From a virus (lineage: Duplodnaviria > Caudoviricetes): a DNA stretch of 53,773 bases. The stretch lies in the IMG/VR virus record IMGVR_UViG_3300020596_000028, positions 1 to 53,773 of that record; one strand, given 5' to 3'. Below the pieces are notes generated by a model. The model saw only the letters and a program-made list of their open reading frames with translations. It searched no databases and had not been told where the DNA came from. How positions within the stretch are numbered: position 1 is the first letter of the stretch; the number at the start of each line of letters is the position of its first letter. Positions 1 through 9,278 of the stretch are shown piece after piece. The position numbers and the translations under genes are program-made.

Positions 1-117
1 GAGAAATTCGTTAAAGCTCAAGAACGTTTAGAGCGTTTTAAAATCAATCCTTCAGAACAATGGCTTGGGTTTTCTGAAGAGATTGAAGACATTTCTATCC
101 CTGGCTATTTGTTTTAA
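1..117 (+). CDS. 3' end of a probable RecE/exonuclease VIII-like PD-(D/E)XK nuclease (partial)
   Basis: Frame 1 reads EKFVKAQERLERFKINPSEQWLGFSEEIEDISIPGYLF*. The WxG(F/Y)SxEIxxIxxPxY tail is typical of phage ExoVIII-like proteins, and it precedes an annealing-type gene. Confidence 0.55.
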   Translation, partial: EKFVKAQERLERFKINPSEQWLGFSEEIEDISIPGYLF

Positions 118-138
118 ACAACGAAGGAAACTAAAAAT

Positions 139-1017
139 ATGAATAACGAAACTAAAGAAGTCATCACTATAAATCCAACTGCCATTCAAAGAGCAGCTCC
201 AAGTGCAACTTCAGCTGTTGAACTTTCAAGAGCTGTTCAAGAAGTTCAAGGCGCTTTGATGATTGCACGCATGAACCCACGCGATGAAATCAGAGCACGC
301 GATCGCATTATGAAATCCTGCCAACGCGAAGCCCTAGCTAAAGATGCATTGTATGCATTTCCGAGAGGGGGCGAGATGGTCACAGGTCCAAGCATTAGGC
401 TGGCTGAGGTGTTGGCTCAAAACTGGGGCAACGTGGATTGCGGTATTCGTGAGCTTTCACAAAACGAAAAAGAATCTGAAATGATGGCTCACTGTTGGGA
501 CTTAGAAACCAACTACCGCCAGACGAAAGTCTTCACCGTGCCTCACAAACGATTCACCAAACGCGGTGAAACGGTCTTAAAAGACCCACGCGACATTTAT
601 GAGAACAATACGAACAATGGATCTCGTCGTTTAAGAGCGTGCATCTTAGCTGTGATTCCGCCTGATGTAATTGAAGAGGCGGTTGAACAATGCCGAAAAA
701 CCCTGGAAAAGGGTGGCTCTGAACCGATCGTAGATCGTATTCGAAAGATGGTGGGAGCTTTTTTTGAGATCGGAATCACTCGTGAGTTGCTTGAAAAGCG
801 TTTAGGAAAAACGATTGATCAAACCACACCTCCCGAACTCGTTGAACTCACGAGCATCTTTAAAACTATTCGTGATGGCATGTCTAAGAAAGAAGACTTC
901 TTTGACTTGCCAAGTTCACAAGTAGGTGGAGCTGCTGATTTAAATGCTAAATTTGCAGTGAAAAACTCACATAAGGTTGAAGCAACTCAGGCTGAATCAA
1001 CCGTAGTGAAGTCTTAA
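139..1017 (+). CDS. Phage recombination-module protein, putative single-strand annealing protein
   Basis: 292 aa with motifs PRDE..A, YxFPRGG.vtGPSIRLAE.LAQxWGN, WDLETN and RRLRACILxVIP, a family usually found between exonuclease and ssb genes. RBS AAGGA upstream. Confidence 0.6.
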   Translation: MNNETKEVITINPTAIQRAAPSATSAVELSRAVQEVQGALMIARMNPRDEIRARDRIMKSCQREALAKDALYAFPRGGEMVTGPSIRLAEVLAQNWGNVDCGIRELSQNEKESEMMAHCWDLETNYRQTKVFTVPHKRFTKRGETVLKDPRDIYENNTNNGSRRLRACILAVIPPDVIEEAVEQCRKTLEKGGSEPIVDRIRKMVGAFFEIGITRELLEKRLGKTIDQTTPPELVELTSIFKTIRDGMSKKEDFFDLPSSQVGGAADLNAKFAVKNSHKVEATQAESTVVKS

Positions 1018-1024
1018 TTTTCCA

Positions 1025-1069
1025 TTTAAGCCAAGCAGCTTGGTAATATGAATAGCTGCTTGGCTTAAA
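1025..1069. terminator. Perfect 16-bp inverted repeat (hairpin; terminator or RNA-processing site)
   Basis: TTTAAGCCAAGCAGCT (1025-1040) and AGCTGCTTGGCTTAAA (1054-1069) with a 13-nt loop, intergenic. Confidence 0.55.
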
Positions 1070-1087
1070 ATCAGTGGGGGAAACTTT

Positions 1088-1306
1088 ATGACAAATGCAC
1101 TTGATAGAATTGCCGCAAACCAGGAGAACTTTGTTGAACAGGAATGCGATGCTTTGAGATTTTTAGCGCAAGGTCAGAAACAAACTTTGGAAAGCGCAAC
1201 AGAAGCTCTAAAACTGATCTCACTCCTAGACGACTCAGACCCGAAACAAGCTCTCAATAAAGCTAAAAAGATTGCAAGGACATGGATAAAACTAACAAAT
1301 CTCTAG
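1088..1306 (+). CDS. Hypothetical protein (72 aa)
   Basis: ORF with GGGGG RBS, in operon orientation. Confidence 0.6.
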   Translation: MTNALDRIAANQENFVEQECDALRFLAQGQKQTLESATEALKLISLLDDSDPKQALNKAKKIARTWIKLTNL

Positions 1307-1674
1307 AGAAAAAAGTGTCTTCAACGATTGTGTATTTTATTCTGTGCGCGTCTCTTTTTACAGTTTCAAAAGTATTTGAAATTGATTTTAATTCTCTCGC
1401 ATCACTCACAACTCTCGCTATTTCATGCAGCGTTTTATATATGATGGATAAAAAGAAAAGCGTTCGCAGGTCCACGAGTGACGGAGGACATGTTTCTATT
1501 CCAGTCAATCGAGTGAGTGAGGATCACTATGTGCTGCCGATGGGAGAAGTAAAAAGACTTGCTCCAGAGAATCAATGGATTGCAGTTCCCTGTATTCAGG
1601 GCTGCGAAAATCTTGGGCCATTTCCGTCCAAGGAAGAAGCTTGGAACGCTTTAGTCCAGGCAACGATTGAATAA
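1282..1674 (+). CDS. Hypothetical membrane protein (two N-terminal TM segments)
   Basis: Two hydrophobic stretches followed by a basic KKKS patch; AAGGA RBS. Confidence 0.6.
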   Translation: MDKTNKSLEKKVSSTIVYFILCASLFTVSKVFEIDFNSLASLTTLAISCSVLYMMDKKKSVRRSTSDGGHVSIPVNRVSEDHYVLPMGEVKRLAPENQWIAVPCIQGCENLGPFPSKEEAWNALVQATIE

Positions 1675-1705
1675 ATAACGGAATGACAAATAGGAGAAAA
1701 TCCAG

Positions 1706-2185
1706 ATGAGCGTAAATAAAGTTCAGTTAATTGGAAACCTCGGACAAGAACCCGAGATTAAATACACAGGCCAAGGAACGGCAGTTGCAACTTTGTCTGT
1801 TGCGACGAGTGAAAAATACACGTCTAAGGATGGACAGAAGCAGGAAAAAACCGAATGGAACCGAGTTGTGGCGTGGGGAAAGCTAGCTGAGATCGTATTC
1901 CAACTATGTAAAAAAGGCAGTAAGGTCTACGTGGAAGGCAAACTTCAAACCCGAAAATGGCAGGATCAAACCGGAGCAGATCGATTCACAACTGAGATTA
2001 ACGCTGCAACGGTTCAGCTTCTCGCTAACGGAAAGAATCGCCCAGCTGAAGAAATGCCATCCACTCATCATCAATCAGCTCCATCCAATCAATCGGGCTC
2101 GAGCACGTATCGGGACGCCTCCTCTTCTTCTCCAGGGGATCCGAATCAACAACAAGCTTTCACTGACGACGACATTCCGTTTTAA
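1706..2185 (+). CDS. ssb: Single-stranded DNA-binding protein
   Basis: SVNKVQLIGNLG...TEWNRVVAWGKLAE...KGSKVYVEGKLQTRKW, and acidic C-terminal DDDIPF. Confidence 0.98.
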   Translation: MSVNKVQLIGNLGQEPEIKYTGQGTAVATLSVATSEKYTSKDGQKQEKTEWNRVVAWGKLAEIVFQLCKKGSKVYVEGKLQTRKWQDQTGADRFTTEINAATVQLLANGKNRPAEEMPSTHHQSAPSNQSGSSTYRDASSSSPGDPNQQQAFTDDDIPF

Positions 2186-2203
2186 GTGACTGAATGAAGA
2201 CCG

Positions 2204-2238
2204 GGCAGAAATCTCTCCCGTGGGGTTGCTGCCTTTTT
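2204..2238 (+). terminator. Rho-independent terminator after ssb
   Basis: Imperfect GGCAG...CTGCC stem followed by TTTTT. Confidence 0.6.
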
Positions 2239-2241
2239 CAT

Positions 2242-2257
2242 TGTTCTACGTGGAACA
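2242..2257. promoter_or_regulatory. parS-like palindrome
   Basis: TGTTCTACGTGGAACA is 15/16 identical to the bacterial parS palindrome TGTTCCACGTGGAACA; intergenic. Confidence 0.6.
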
Positions 2258-2273
2258 TTTTTAAAAGGATTAG

Positions 2274-2804
2274 ATGAATATGGAACGCCTTCTTATTGAA
2301 AAAATCATTCACCTTTCAGTCTGCCGACGAAGCGGAAGAACCACAGCCCTCTCGTTAGCGACAAAATCGATTCGTGGAACTTTGATTTGCGCTAATAAAG
2401 TTCACGCCAATATGGTTTCAAAACAGTTTGAAGTCGATACTGTTTCAGTGGATCAGGAGTTGATCGGAGTTACCAGGACTCTGATTTATGATCATTTCAC
2501 GGTTGAAAAAGCGGCTTATGAGGCTTGGGCTGAAATCCAGAGCTTAAAAAAGGAACTTAAACTCACTCGTGAGACCGTCAAAAAAGCTTATCGCCTTGGA
2601 CAGATCGCGATGCAATGTGATGCCGCAGTTATTTGTATGGCACCTGTAAAATTAAAGATTAAGGCAGCTGATAAAAACTATGCTTTAGGAAAAAAACATG
2701 CTGCCCATAATGTGATGGCTTTAGATGCAAGCCTCGCCACAGAAGCTCAGGTGGATATAATGGTGAACGAAACCAAGAATGAAATTTATTTAAATCAAAC
2801 ATGA
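2274..2804 (+). CDS. Hypothetical protein with degenerate P-loop-like N-terminus and coiled coil
   Basis: RRSGRTT (Walker A-like) and LIYDH (Walker B-like), but short and degenerate. Confidence 0.55.
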   Translation: MNMERLLIEKIIHLSVCRRSGRTTALSLATKSIRGTLICANKVHANMVSKQFEVDTVSVDQELIGVTRTLIYDHFTVEKAAYEAWAEIQSLKKELKLTRETVKKAYRLGQIAMQCDAAVICMAPVKLKIKAADKNYALGKKHAAHNVMALDASLATEAQVDIMVNETKNEIYLNQT

Positions 2805-2903
2805 ATATACTTCCAAAGTGTAATTGGTTTTTATTTTAATAAATCTCGTCAGGTGAAATTATTCCTATTGACTCCGTGTATAGTTAGCTAAAATAGAAGC
2901 ACA

Positions 2904-4109
2904 GTGACGAAAACTAAACGCAAGGAAGCGGATAGGAATCAAGAGCCAGTCGAAAAGAAACTCTCCGAGCGAGAGCTGGCCCTCCTGTCTGAAAAAAATA
3001 AGAAATTTAACCAAGATGCAACAGCGAATGATTGCGTTGCTGACCTTAGAGCTTTGCAAGAGGAGTTCCCTCTTAAGTTCATTGGTCGCAATTTCTATCG
3101 TTGTAATGGCACCTTTTCAGATTCAACTTGGAATCAGTTCTACGGCACATTTGCCGAGTTCAGACGCCAAGCCAAGTTAGAACTGACTCGTGAACAGCAC
3201 GAGCTAGAACGAAGGATCGCAAAGCACGCGGCTTTAGATCATTACCGAAACTTCTATAATAAAGAAGTGCTCCCATACCATAAAAAGTATGTGCGTACGA
3301 AAGAGCAAAGGTCCCGGTTTCGGGATATCGCGGTCTGCTCAGACTTGCACGACGAAGAATTAGATCCTTTTGTTTTCGGCGTGTTCTTAGATGCTTGCCA
3401 ACAAAAACAACCCAACGTGATTGTTTTGAATGGCGACATTTTTGATAATCCAGAATTCTCTAAATACAATATCGATCCAAGAAGCTTCGGAGTGAAGCGA
3501 CGGTTTGATTTTGTGAAAGAAAATATCTTTGCCCCACTCAGAAAAGCCTGCCCAAAGTCTCAGATTGATTTCGTGATTGGCAATCATGACTGGCGAATTA
3601 TTAAACTCATGGCAGATAAAACGCCTAATTTACGCGTTCTTTTATCTGATGTCATGGGCCTTTCATTGTCTGATGTGTTTGGTCTTAAGGACTTTCAGAT
3701 TAACTTAGTGGCTAAAATTGATCTCGCTGCTTTTCAGCACAGTGATGTGAAAGATGAGTTGAGAGAAAACTACGAAGTTTATTATGATCGCTTTGCTTGC
3801 TCACACTTTAAGAATCTAAATTTAGGCATTGCAGGCACTAGTGGTCACACGCATCGCCCAACTCAAATCACCTTTGCGAGTGTTCCAATGGGGAAAATGA
3901 CCTGGACTGAAACAGGTTGCATGTCACGGACTCGAGCAGAGTACACAGACGGCATGGATAACGCTCTTAACTCATTCTTATTTGCGACCGTTGACACTAG
4001 TAAAATTAGAGATGCTGTGCAGACTCAGCATTACATTATTACTGGAGATCACGCAGTCGTTGAAGGACAGTTGTATGAAAGAAAGCAGTTTGAAGATGAA
4101 GAAAAATGA
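2904..4109 (+). CDS. Calcineurin-like metallophosphoesterase with N-terminal helical domain
   Basis: Ordered motifs DLH, GDIFD, GNHD, SH and GHTH. Confidence 0.88.
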   Translation: MTKTKRKEADRNQEPVEKKLSERELALLSEKNKKFNQDATANDCVADLRALQEEFPLKFIGRNFYRCNGTFSDSTWNQFYGTFAEFRRQAKLELTREQHELERRIAKHAALDHYRNFYNKEVLPYHKKYVRTKEQRSRFRDIAVCSDLHDEELDPFVFGVFLDACQQKQPNVIVLNGDIFDNPEFSKYNIDPRSFGVKRRFDFVKENIFAPLRKACPKSQIDFVIGNHDWRIIKLMADKTPNLRVLLSDVMGLSLSDVFGLKDFQINLVAKIDLAAFQHSDVKDELRENYEVYYDRFACSHFKNLNLGIAGTSGHTHRPTQITFASVPMGKMTWTETGCMSRTRAEYTDGMDNALNSFLFATVDTSKIRDAVQTQHYIITGDHAVVEGQLYERKQFEDEEK

Positions 4110-4293
4110 ACGTTGGCACATTGCTGTTGATTTAAATCACGACGCTGAAACTGAAGAAGTCTTGATGTCGTTTATTCAAAACGGACGTGAACTTAAAAAA
4201 GTGATTGGACCTCATTCATCTGAATACGCTTTACTTACAAATGAGATCATTAAAATCATCCGAGAACTCAATTCAAAAGCTGTTACTAACTAA
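4096..4293 (+). CDS. Hypothetical protein (65 aa; likely start MKKNERW)
   Basis: ATG at 4096 overlaps the end of the upstream gene; last gene of the + strand block. Confidence 0.5.
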   Translation: MKKNERWHIAVDLNHDAETEEVLMSFIQNGRELKKVIGPHSSEYALLTNEIIKIIRELNSKAVTN

Positions 4294-4510
4294 CAGGCTT
4301 ATCTAAGAGAAACTTTCTAAACGCGTTCTTCGCTGCTTTAAAAGTTGCGTGTTCGCTATTGACAGGGCCTGGAGTAATTTCAAGCTTATATGGGTTTGGC
4401 TTCACATCAAGTGTGATCGTTCCCGTGTAACCGCGTCTTGGTCCTTTGGTCTGACATTCGGTGTCTGAAGTTTTGTTCCAAGTAATTTTATCTGAGTTTC
4501 CGAACGCCAT
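4286..4510 (-). CDS. Hypothetical protein (74 aa)
   Basis: ORF with AGG RBS, convergent with the + strand block. Confidence 0.55.
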   Translation of the reverse strand: MAFGNSDKITWNKTSDTECQTKGPRRGYTGTITLDVKPNPYKLEITPGPVNSEHATFKAAKNAFRKFLLDKPVS

Positions 4511-4697
4511 CTGATTTGTCGCCTTTCTTTGAATGAATCATTTCTGTGAGTCTCACTAGGATCACGGTTGGCTTTTCTTCTATTTCTACTTTCACGAGGA
4601 AAGTCGATCCATACGCAACACTCACAATCTCACCAGGCCCCGTATATCCTTGCTTCGAGCGCCTGACCTCCACCTTGTCTCCATCCTGGAACAGCAT
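4488..4697 (-). CDS. Small SH3/KOW-like beta-barrel protein
   Basis: FQDGDKVEV...YTGPGEIVSV...FLVKV pattern. TATAAATA lies 7 nt upstream of the ATG, so it is possibly leaderless. Confidence 0.55.
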   Translation of the reverse strand: MLFQDGDKVEVRRSKQGYTGPGEIVSVAYGSTFLVKVEIEEKPTVILVRLTEMIHSKKGDKSDGVRKLR

Positions 4698-4762
4698 CGT
4701 ATACTATTTATATGTCGTGATACCATGAATGAAAGAAAGAAACACTAATCGAGAGGTCAAGG

Positions 4763-4945
4763 ATGATCTGTCCAAAATGTTCCAGTTGTCTACTCCAACC
4801 CCATCCAGAGCAACCGCAGTTTCATGCTTGGCTGAAATGCAACCTGTGTGGCTACTCCATCGATGTGGATGAAATAAAAAAACAGCATGGAGAGCTGTCT
4901 AGAGCAGAGATTCTAGAGCGGCAACGAACGAAGGTCAGGCCGTAG
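4763..4945 (+). CDS. Zinc-ribbon protein
   Basis: MICPKC...WLKCNLCGYS; GAGG RBS. Confidence 0.7.
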   Translation: MICPKCSSCLLQPHPEQPQFHAWLKCNLCGYSIDVDEIKKQHGELSRAEILERQRTKVRP

Positions 4946-4954
4946 ATCTAAGAT

Positions 4955-5206
4955 CTATTCTGACCGCTCTATTCGTTCCGCCAGCTGCCTTCGGTATTGC
5001 TGGGTGATCATATTGACGAGTTCGCTGATCTGTTGGCCTGTGGCTTGACAGAAGCGTTTCACGTAGCGAGCTGGGAAGGTCGCAACTCCGCGCTCGATGT
5101 TCGCAATCTGCTGAGGCTTTTTCATCCCCAGTTTTTCAGCGAGTTCACGTTGAGTTATTTTATTTTGGGTCCTCACTTGCTTGACCCATTCTCCCAGTTC
5201 GTTCAT
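4955..5206 (-). CDS. XRE/Cro-family HTH transcriptional regulator
   Basis: LGEWVKQVRTQNKITQRELAEKLG...QIANIERG. Confidence 0.9.
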   Translation of the reverse strand: MNELGEWVKQVRTQNKITQRELAEKLGMKKPQQIANIERGVATFPARYVKRFCQATGQQISELVNMITQQYRRQLAERIERSE

Positions 5207-5457
5207 ACCTGTGTCTCGTTCAACTCTTTCTCAACAGCTAATAAGAAATAAAGATCACTCTTCAATGCGATCCTAGACTTTTCAATCCCATCCAGTTCCT
5301 TTGCGTATTGAAGGGCTAGGTCAGGTTGTCCAATTGCCTTGGCACCTGAAATCTTTTCTTTCAAGTCCCGCATCTGTGGACGTGTCTTTTCAAGCTCTAC
5401 CTTGATTCGGTCAAGCTCCAGTTTCACTAATTCTTTTGTCGGTGGTTTAACAGCCAT
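5203..5457 (-). CDS. Hypothetical coiled-coil protein
   Basis: Strong AGGAGG RBS; ATGA coupling to the HTH gene. Confidence 0.7.
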   Translation of the reverse strand: MAVKPPTKELVKLELDRIKVELEKTRPQMRDLKEKISGAKAIGQPDLALQYAKELDGIEKSRIALKSDLYFLLAVEKELNETQV

Positions 5458-5483
5458 AATTCCTCCTGCTCTATTTTACCCGT

Positions 5484-6869
5484 TCAGTCCTCATCCATCA
5501 GTTCATCTAGTCGTGAGCGAGGTCTTTGGATCTCATTCATGAGGTCTAGGAACGATTCAACTTCTTCAACTTGAGTCTTTCCGCTGCTCTCCGTGCAATA
5601 CCAGTTCGCTAGAGCAACCGCAATTACCGTGTCGTCATGCTTGCCAGAGGGGGCTGAATAAGAAAGCTTTCCTGTTTTTGTGAGCGAGTAGGTGAATAAC
5701 TCAAACTCTTCTCGCATCGTGACAATGTTCGGAAGCTCTATTTCAGCGTATTCACAAGCGACAATCAGGCGATTAACGAGTTCTTTTTTAGTTTCATTGG
5801 TGAAGTTGTAGGGCATTGAGTGCAAGCTAGACGATAAAAAGTCACCTAATCCAGCTCCGACACCGGTTGAATCGTAGATAAGATCTGCTCCGTTATACGC
5901 TTTACTCACGCGCTTAATTCGTTCAAGAACAACTTTGTAATCTGTTTTGTTCATGCGCTCGTAATACACGCATTTACGCTGTTCAATGGACATCACTATG
6001 ATGACTGTGTAGTCGGCACTCTTAGCAAAGTCGACTGCGACCACGTAGTTATCTGAGTTAAACGATTCACTCGTGAGAGTCGCTTCCCATTTTTGAGGAA
6101 TATCGGGCAGCTGAATCGCTTGGCCTTTGAAAATTTTCGATAGGTTTTTAAACGCGCCTGAACCATCGGCAATGAATTGAGCCTCAAACTCCTGCTCTCT
6201 CATATGAGTAGGCATGTCCTTCATGAGACGTTTCAACACTTCGGGATAGTTCGGACGCTTCCACCAAGGTTGCATGAATGAAATGTATTCAGTGCGAGAA
6301 AGATCCTGGCCGGCTAAGTAGATCTCATAAAACCAATTGCGACCTCGAGGTGTGGAAATCAACATGATTTTACAGCCTGAACGTCGAGCCGTAGGCAAGA
6401 TGTGTTGCATGAATACGTCTCGATCAATGATTGCAGCTTCGTCGATAATGATGAGGTTATAGCCTTTAGCGACAATGGAATTTGGGCTATCAGCAGACCG
6501 AATATAAAGTCTGGACTCATTAAAGACATGGACTTCCATGTCTCCTTTTTTAAAATCCCAAAACTGAAACCCAGTTGCTTCATCAAACTGAGGCACGTAC
6601 CTTAAGCCAGTGTGCTCATCATAACCAAACCACACGTCATCAATCGGTGCTTTTCCGATCTTATAAGTCGGCGCTACCCACATGACTTGACAGCCAGGGA
6701 TGCTGAGGAGCTTAGGAATAACTAAATCGCACGTAGCGAATAGAGTTTTCCCCCAGCCTCGAGACGCATCTACGACGATGATATCGGCATCACTCTTTAG
6801 AATGCCCGTGAGCACTTCAAACTGACCGGGATGTCTCCGATAATTGATCTTGAATTGCTTCACACTCAT
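5484..6869 (-). CDS. terL: Terminase large subunit
   Basis: Walker A SRGWGKT, WVAPTY, Walker B LIIIDEAA, ISTPRGRNWFY; nuclease domain VDFAKSADYT and SAPSGKHDDTVIAVALA. Confidence 0.95.
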   Translation of the reverse strand: MSVKQFKINYRRHPGQFEVLTGILKSDADIIVVDASRGWGKTLFATCDLVIPKLLSIPGCQVMWVAPTYKIGKAPIDDVWFGYDEHTGLRYVPQFDEATGFQFWDFKKGDMEVHVFNESRLYIRSADSPNSIVAKGYNLIIIDEAAIIDRDVFMQHILPTARRSGCKIMLISTPRGRNWFYEIYLAGQDLSRTEYISFMQPWWKRPNYPEVLKRLMKDMPTHMREQEFEAQFIADGSGAFKNLSKIFKGQAIQLPDIPQKWEATLTSESFNSDNYVVAVDFAKSADYTVIIVMSIEQRKCVYYERMNKTDYKVVLERIKRVSKAYNGADLIYDSTGVGAGLGDFLSSSLHSMPYNFTNETKKELVNRLIVACEYAEIELPNIVTMREEFELFTYSLTKTGKLSYSAPSGKHDDTVIAVALANWYCTESSGKTQVEEVESFLDLMNEIQRPRSRLDELMDED

Positions 6870-6875
6870 GACAGT

Positions 6876-7259
6876 TTATTTCTTTTCAGTCTCGTTTAAA
6901 GCTTGATTTGAAGAGTAAAAGTCATTCAAAACTCCATCGATTGTTCTTTCACCTTCGATGAGTTTCGCTAAAGCTTGCTGAGCTTGCTTGACGGCTTCAA
7001 CGACTGAGTCCCGAAAGAGTTTAGGATCTACTGGAATCGCAAACTCATTATGAGTTGGAGTATTAGTATACGCCATCACGTATCGCTGCCAGCACATATG
7101 CGGACGAACTCCAGCAGATCTCACGATCCCTTTGTCGTCTACTTGCATTTGTTCCATGTACCTAACGACTTGAATTGCAGCTCCACTGTAATTATCTTTC
7201 GCAAGTACGATGGCGAATGAATCTTTTTTATAAAGGAAAATGTTATTTGGAATTTTCAT
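6876..7259 (-). CDS. Hypothetical protein (127 aa)
   Basis: Coupled ORF between the sigma factor gene and terL. Confidence 0.7.
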   Translation of the reverse strand: MKIPNNIFLYKKDSFAIVLAKDNYSGAAIQVVRYMEQMQVDDKGIVRSAGVRPHMCWQRYVMAYTNTPTHNEFAIPVDPKLFRDSVVEAVKQAQQALAKLIEGERTIDGVLNDFYSSNQALNETEKK

Positions 7260-7873
7260 ACCGTATCCTCTTCGTCTACAAGTTCTTGAATATTGAGTTT
7301 GATTTTAAGTTTCACTGATTTCAAAACGCTGATGACTACGTGGCGTTTGATTCCTAACTTTTCAACCATCGTGTTAATACTCACACCTTCAACTAAGTGA
7401 AGAGCGAGCACTTCTTTTTCTAGCTGATTGAGCTGATCTAAAACTCGAGTCACTGAACTAGAATAGGAGAGCCAATCATCCAAGCCTTCAACAAAAATTT
7501 CCTTGTCTTCATAAACTTCTTCAACGCACAAGAGTTTTGTTCTAGCGTTGCGTTTAGATCTGCATTTTTTTGATAAACTTTTAAAGTGATTCTCAATGAC
7601 TGCTGAAAGATAGGTCGTGAGCTTGACGTTTTGACTTGTGTCAAACGTCGCTAGTCCCTTCCACATGGCGATCCTAACTTGCTGTTCAAGATCGTCATAA
7701 GCCCAACCAAACGTCTCCTGAGCTCTGTACTGGTATTTAGAACACCAGCTTTTCACGACATATCTCATGTCGCTTTTCATCAGCACTTCAATTTGCGAAC
7801 TAATGTTCCGACGCTGCTCAGGAGACATCTCGTTTAAGATCGTTCTGATTTTTCCAGGGGCGTTATTTTTCAT
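7256..7873 (-). CDS. Sigma-70 family RNA polymerase sigma factor (regions 2 and 4)
   Basis: YDDLEQQVRIAMWKGLATFDTSQNVKLTTYL (region 2); LNQLEKEVL...EGVSINTMVEKLGI (region 4 HTH). Confidence 0.85.
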   Translation of the reverse strand: MKNNAPGKIRTILNEMSPEQRRNISSQIEVLMKSDMRYVVKSWCSKYQYRAQETFGWAYDDLEQQVRIAMWKGLATFDTSQNVKLTTYLSAVIENHFKSLSKKCRSKRNARTKLLCVEEVYEDKEIFVEGLDDWLSYSSSVTRVLDQLNQLEKEVLALHLVEGVSINTMVEKLGIKRHVVISVLKSVKLKIKLNIQELVDEEDTV

Positions 7874-8195
7874 TGTAAAAGAGTATTTTGAATACGACGT
7901 TGCTTTTTGAAGCCACGACTTGCATCGGCATTTTCAAGTCAACATCTTCATCACTCAAGAATTTGTTTTCAAGATCTTGAAGCATTTGAGAGCTCACATC
8001 GCGAAACACTTTGCACTTAGTTTTAGCCGGAGCATCTTTTTGATAATAAATACTCACGTACAAGCGACCTGATTGGCTTTCGTTAATCTGTGCTGATTTA
8101 AAAGCACCTTTAGCTAAAATCAAGTTCAGTTCTTCTTCTAGTATTCTCGGGCTTTTTTCAGATCTTGTAAAATCAGTCACAGAAACTTGAATCAT
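7863..8195 (-). CDS. Hypothetical protein (110 aa)
   Basis: Coupled ORF in the operon. Confidence 0.65.
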   Translation of the reverse strand: MIQVSVTDFTRSEKSPRILEEELNLILAKGAFKSAQINESQSGRLYVSIYYQKDAPAKTKCKVFRDVSSQMLQDLENKFLSDEDVDLKMPMQVVASKSNVVFKILFYNEK

Positions 8196-8518
8196 ACTTT
8201 ACTCTCCTCAGTGGTTTCATCAGGTTCAATTTCAAACCTGTCGAAAATGAATTGAACTTCAACCCCTGCTCTGATGTTTCTCTTTGAAAGAGTTTGGTTT
8301 AAGTTATCAACCAAACGTTTTAAAGCAGGATTAAAAGCTTGATCGATCACTAACTTTGCGTAGGCAATGTCATTATCGGTCGCAGTCAAATAGCGTTTCA
8401 TCATCTTATCGTTATGTTGCGTCGATGGAGCTGGTAAGAGGTTGTGCTTCGTCTGTTCCTGAAGTTTGAGTTGATTCAGTTGATCCTGCGACTGGTTCTT
8501 TTTGTTCCACGGCCACAT
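8192..8518 (-). CDS. Hypothetical protein (start uncertain; overlaps upstream gene by 107 nt)
   Basis: Fills the operon gap; an alternative start MMKRYL near 8403 removes the overlap. Confidence 0.6.
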   Translation of the reverse strand: MWPWNKKNQSQDQLNQLKLQEQTKHNLLPAPSTQHNDKMMKRYLTATDNDIAYAKLVIDQAFNPALKRLVDNLNQTLSKRNIRAGVEVQFIFDRFEIEPDETTEESKV

Positions 8519-9278
8519 CTTCTTTTGTCTCCGGTGCTACAGCAGGTTCATCTTGCTTCACTGCTTCAGATTGTTTCGCAAGTTGTTCTTCTTGAGCCTT
8601 CTTTGAAACTTCTGTCGCAACTTCATCCGCACGTTTATAAACGATATTTTCAAATTCCCTTTGGAAGTCAGCCATTGAAATTTTAGATTCATCAAATCCA
8701 GCAACTGATTCTGAATGCTCTACTCGAAGCGACTTAATCATTTCAGCAGTGAGAGGGCTCATGTTTTGATTCTTCGTCATCTCATTTAAGATCGCTTCAA
8801 TTGTGTTGATGCGATGACTTAGATTCATGTTGAAAGTTTTTTGATTCTCATTCAACTGATAAATCCATTGAGCGACTTCTTCCATCAACGCTTTCATCGT
8901 GATATCCACGGTGAAAACTTTGCGCTCAAGGTTGAAAAACACCTGACGAAGCAGCATGGAATAACGTTTTTTACTTTCAAGATCGAGCTTTGCTAGAGCT
9001 TCATCCATTTTTTTAAATGTATTTTGAAGACGATTTTCAAGAACGTTGGCGACTTGAAACGTGTAGGCTTCAAATATTTTCTTCTGCTCGTCTTTGAAGG
9101 TTCTGAAAAGCTTTTTTACAACACCTCGAATAGCGAGCTTGCTTTCAGCTGCCTTAGATTCTAAGTCAGTCACTTCGCACATCGAATCGGTATCAGGAGT
9201 TTCAGGCATCGTGATGGTATCCCCGAAGCTTGTCTCTTGAATTTTTTCGTCTTTCTGCTCTACGTTCGTCTCGTTCAT
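8412..9278 (-). CDS. Hypothetical coiled-coil protein (288 aa)
   Basis: Long helical ORF with ATGA coupling. Confidence 0.75.
   Translation of the reverse strand: MNETNVEQKDEKIQETSFGDTITMPETPDTDSMCEVTDLESKAAESKLAIRGVVKKLFRTFKDEQKKIFEAYTFQVANVLENRLQNTFKKMDEALAKLDLESKKRYSMLLRQVFFNLERKVFTVDITMKALMEEVAQWIYQLNENQKTFNMNLSHRINTIEAILNEMTKNQNMSPLTAEMIKSLRVEHSESVAGFDESKISMADFQREFENIVYKRADEVATEVSKKAQEEQLAKQSEAVKQDEPAVAPETKEDVAVEQKEPVAGSTESTQTSGTDEAQPLTSSIDAT

Noticed and set aside
5055-5070. Additional parS half-sites (here, and near 8503 and 23341)
   Set aside because: Only half of the palindrome matches, and all lie inside coding sequence.
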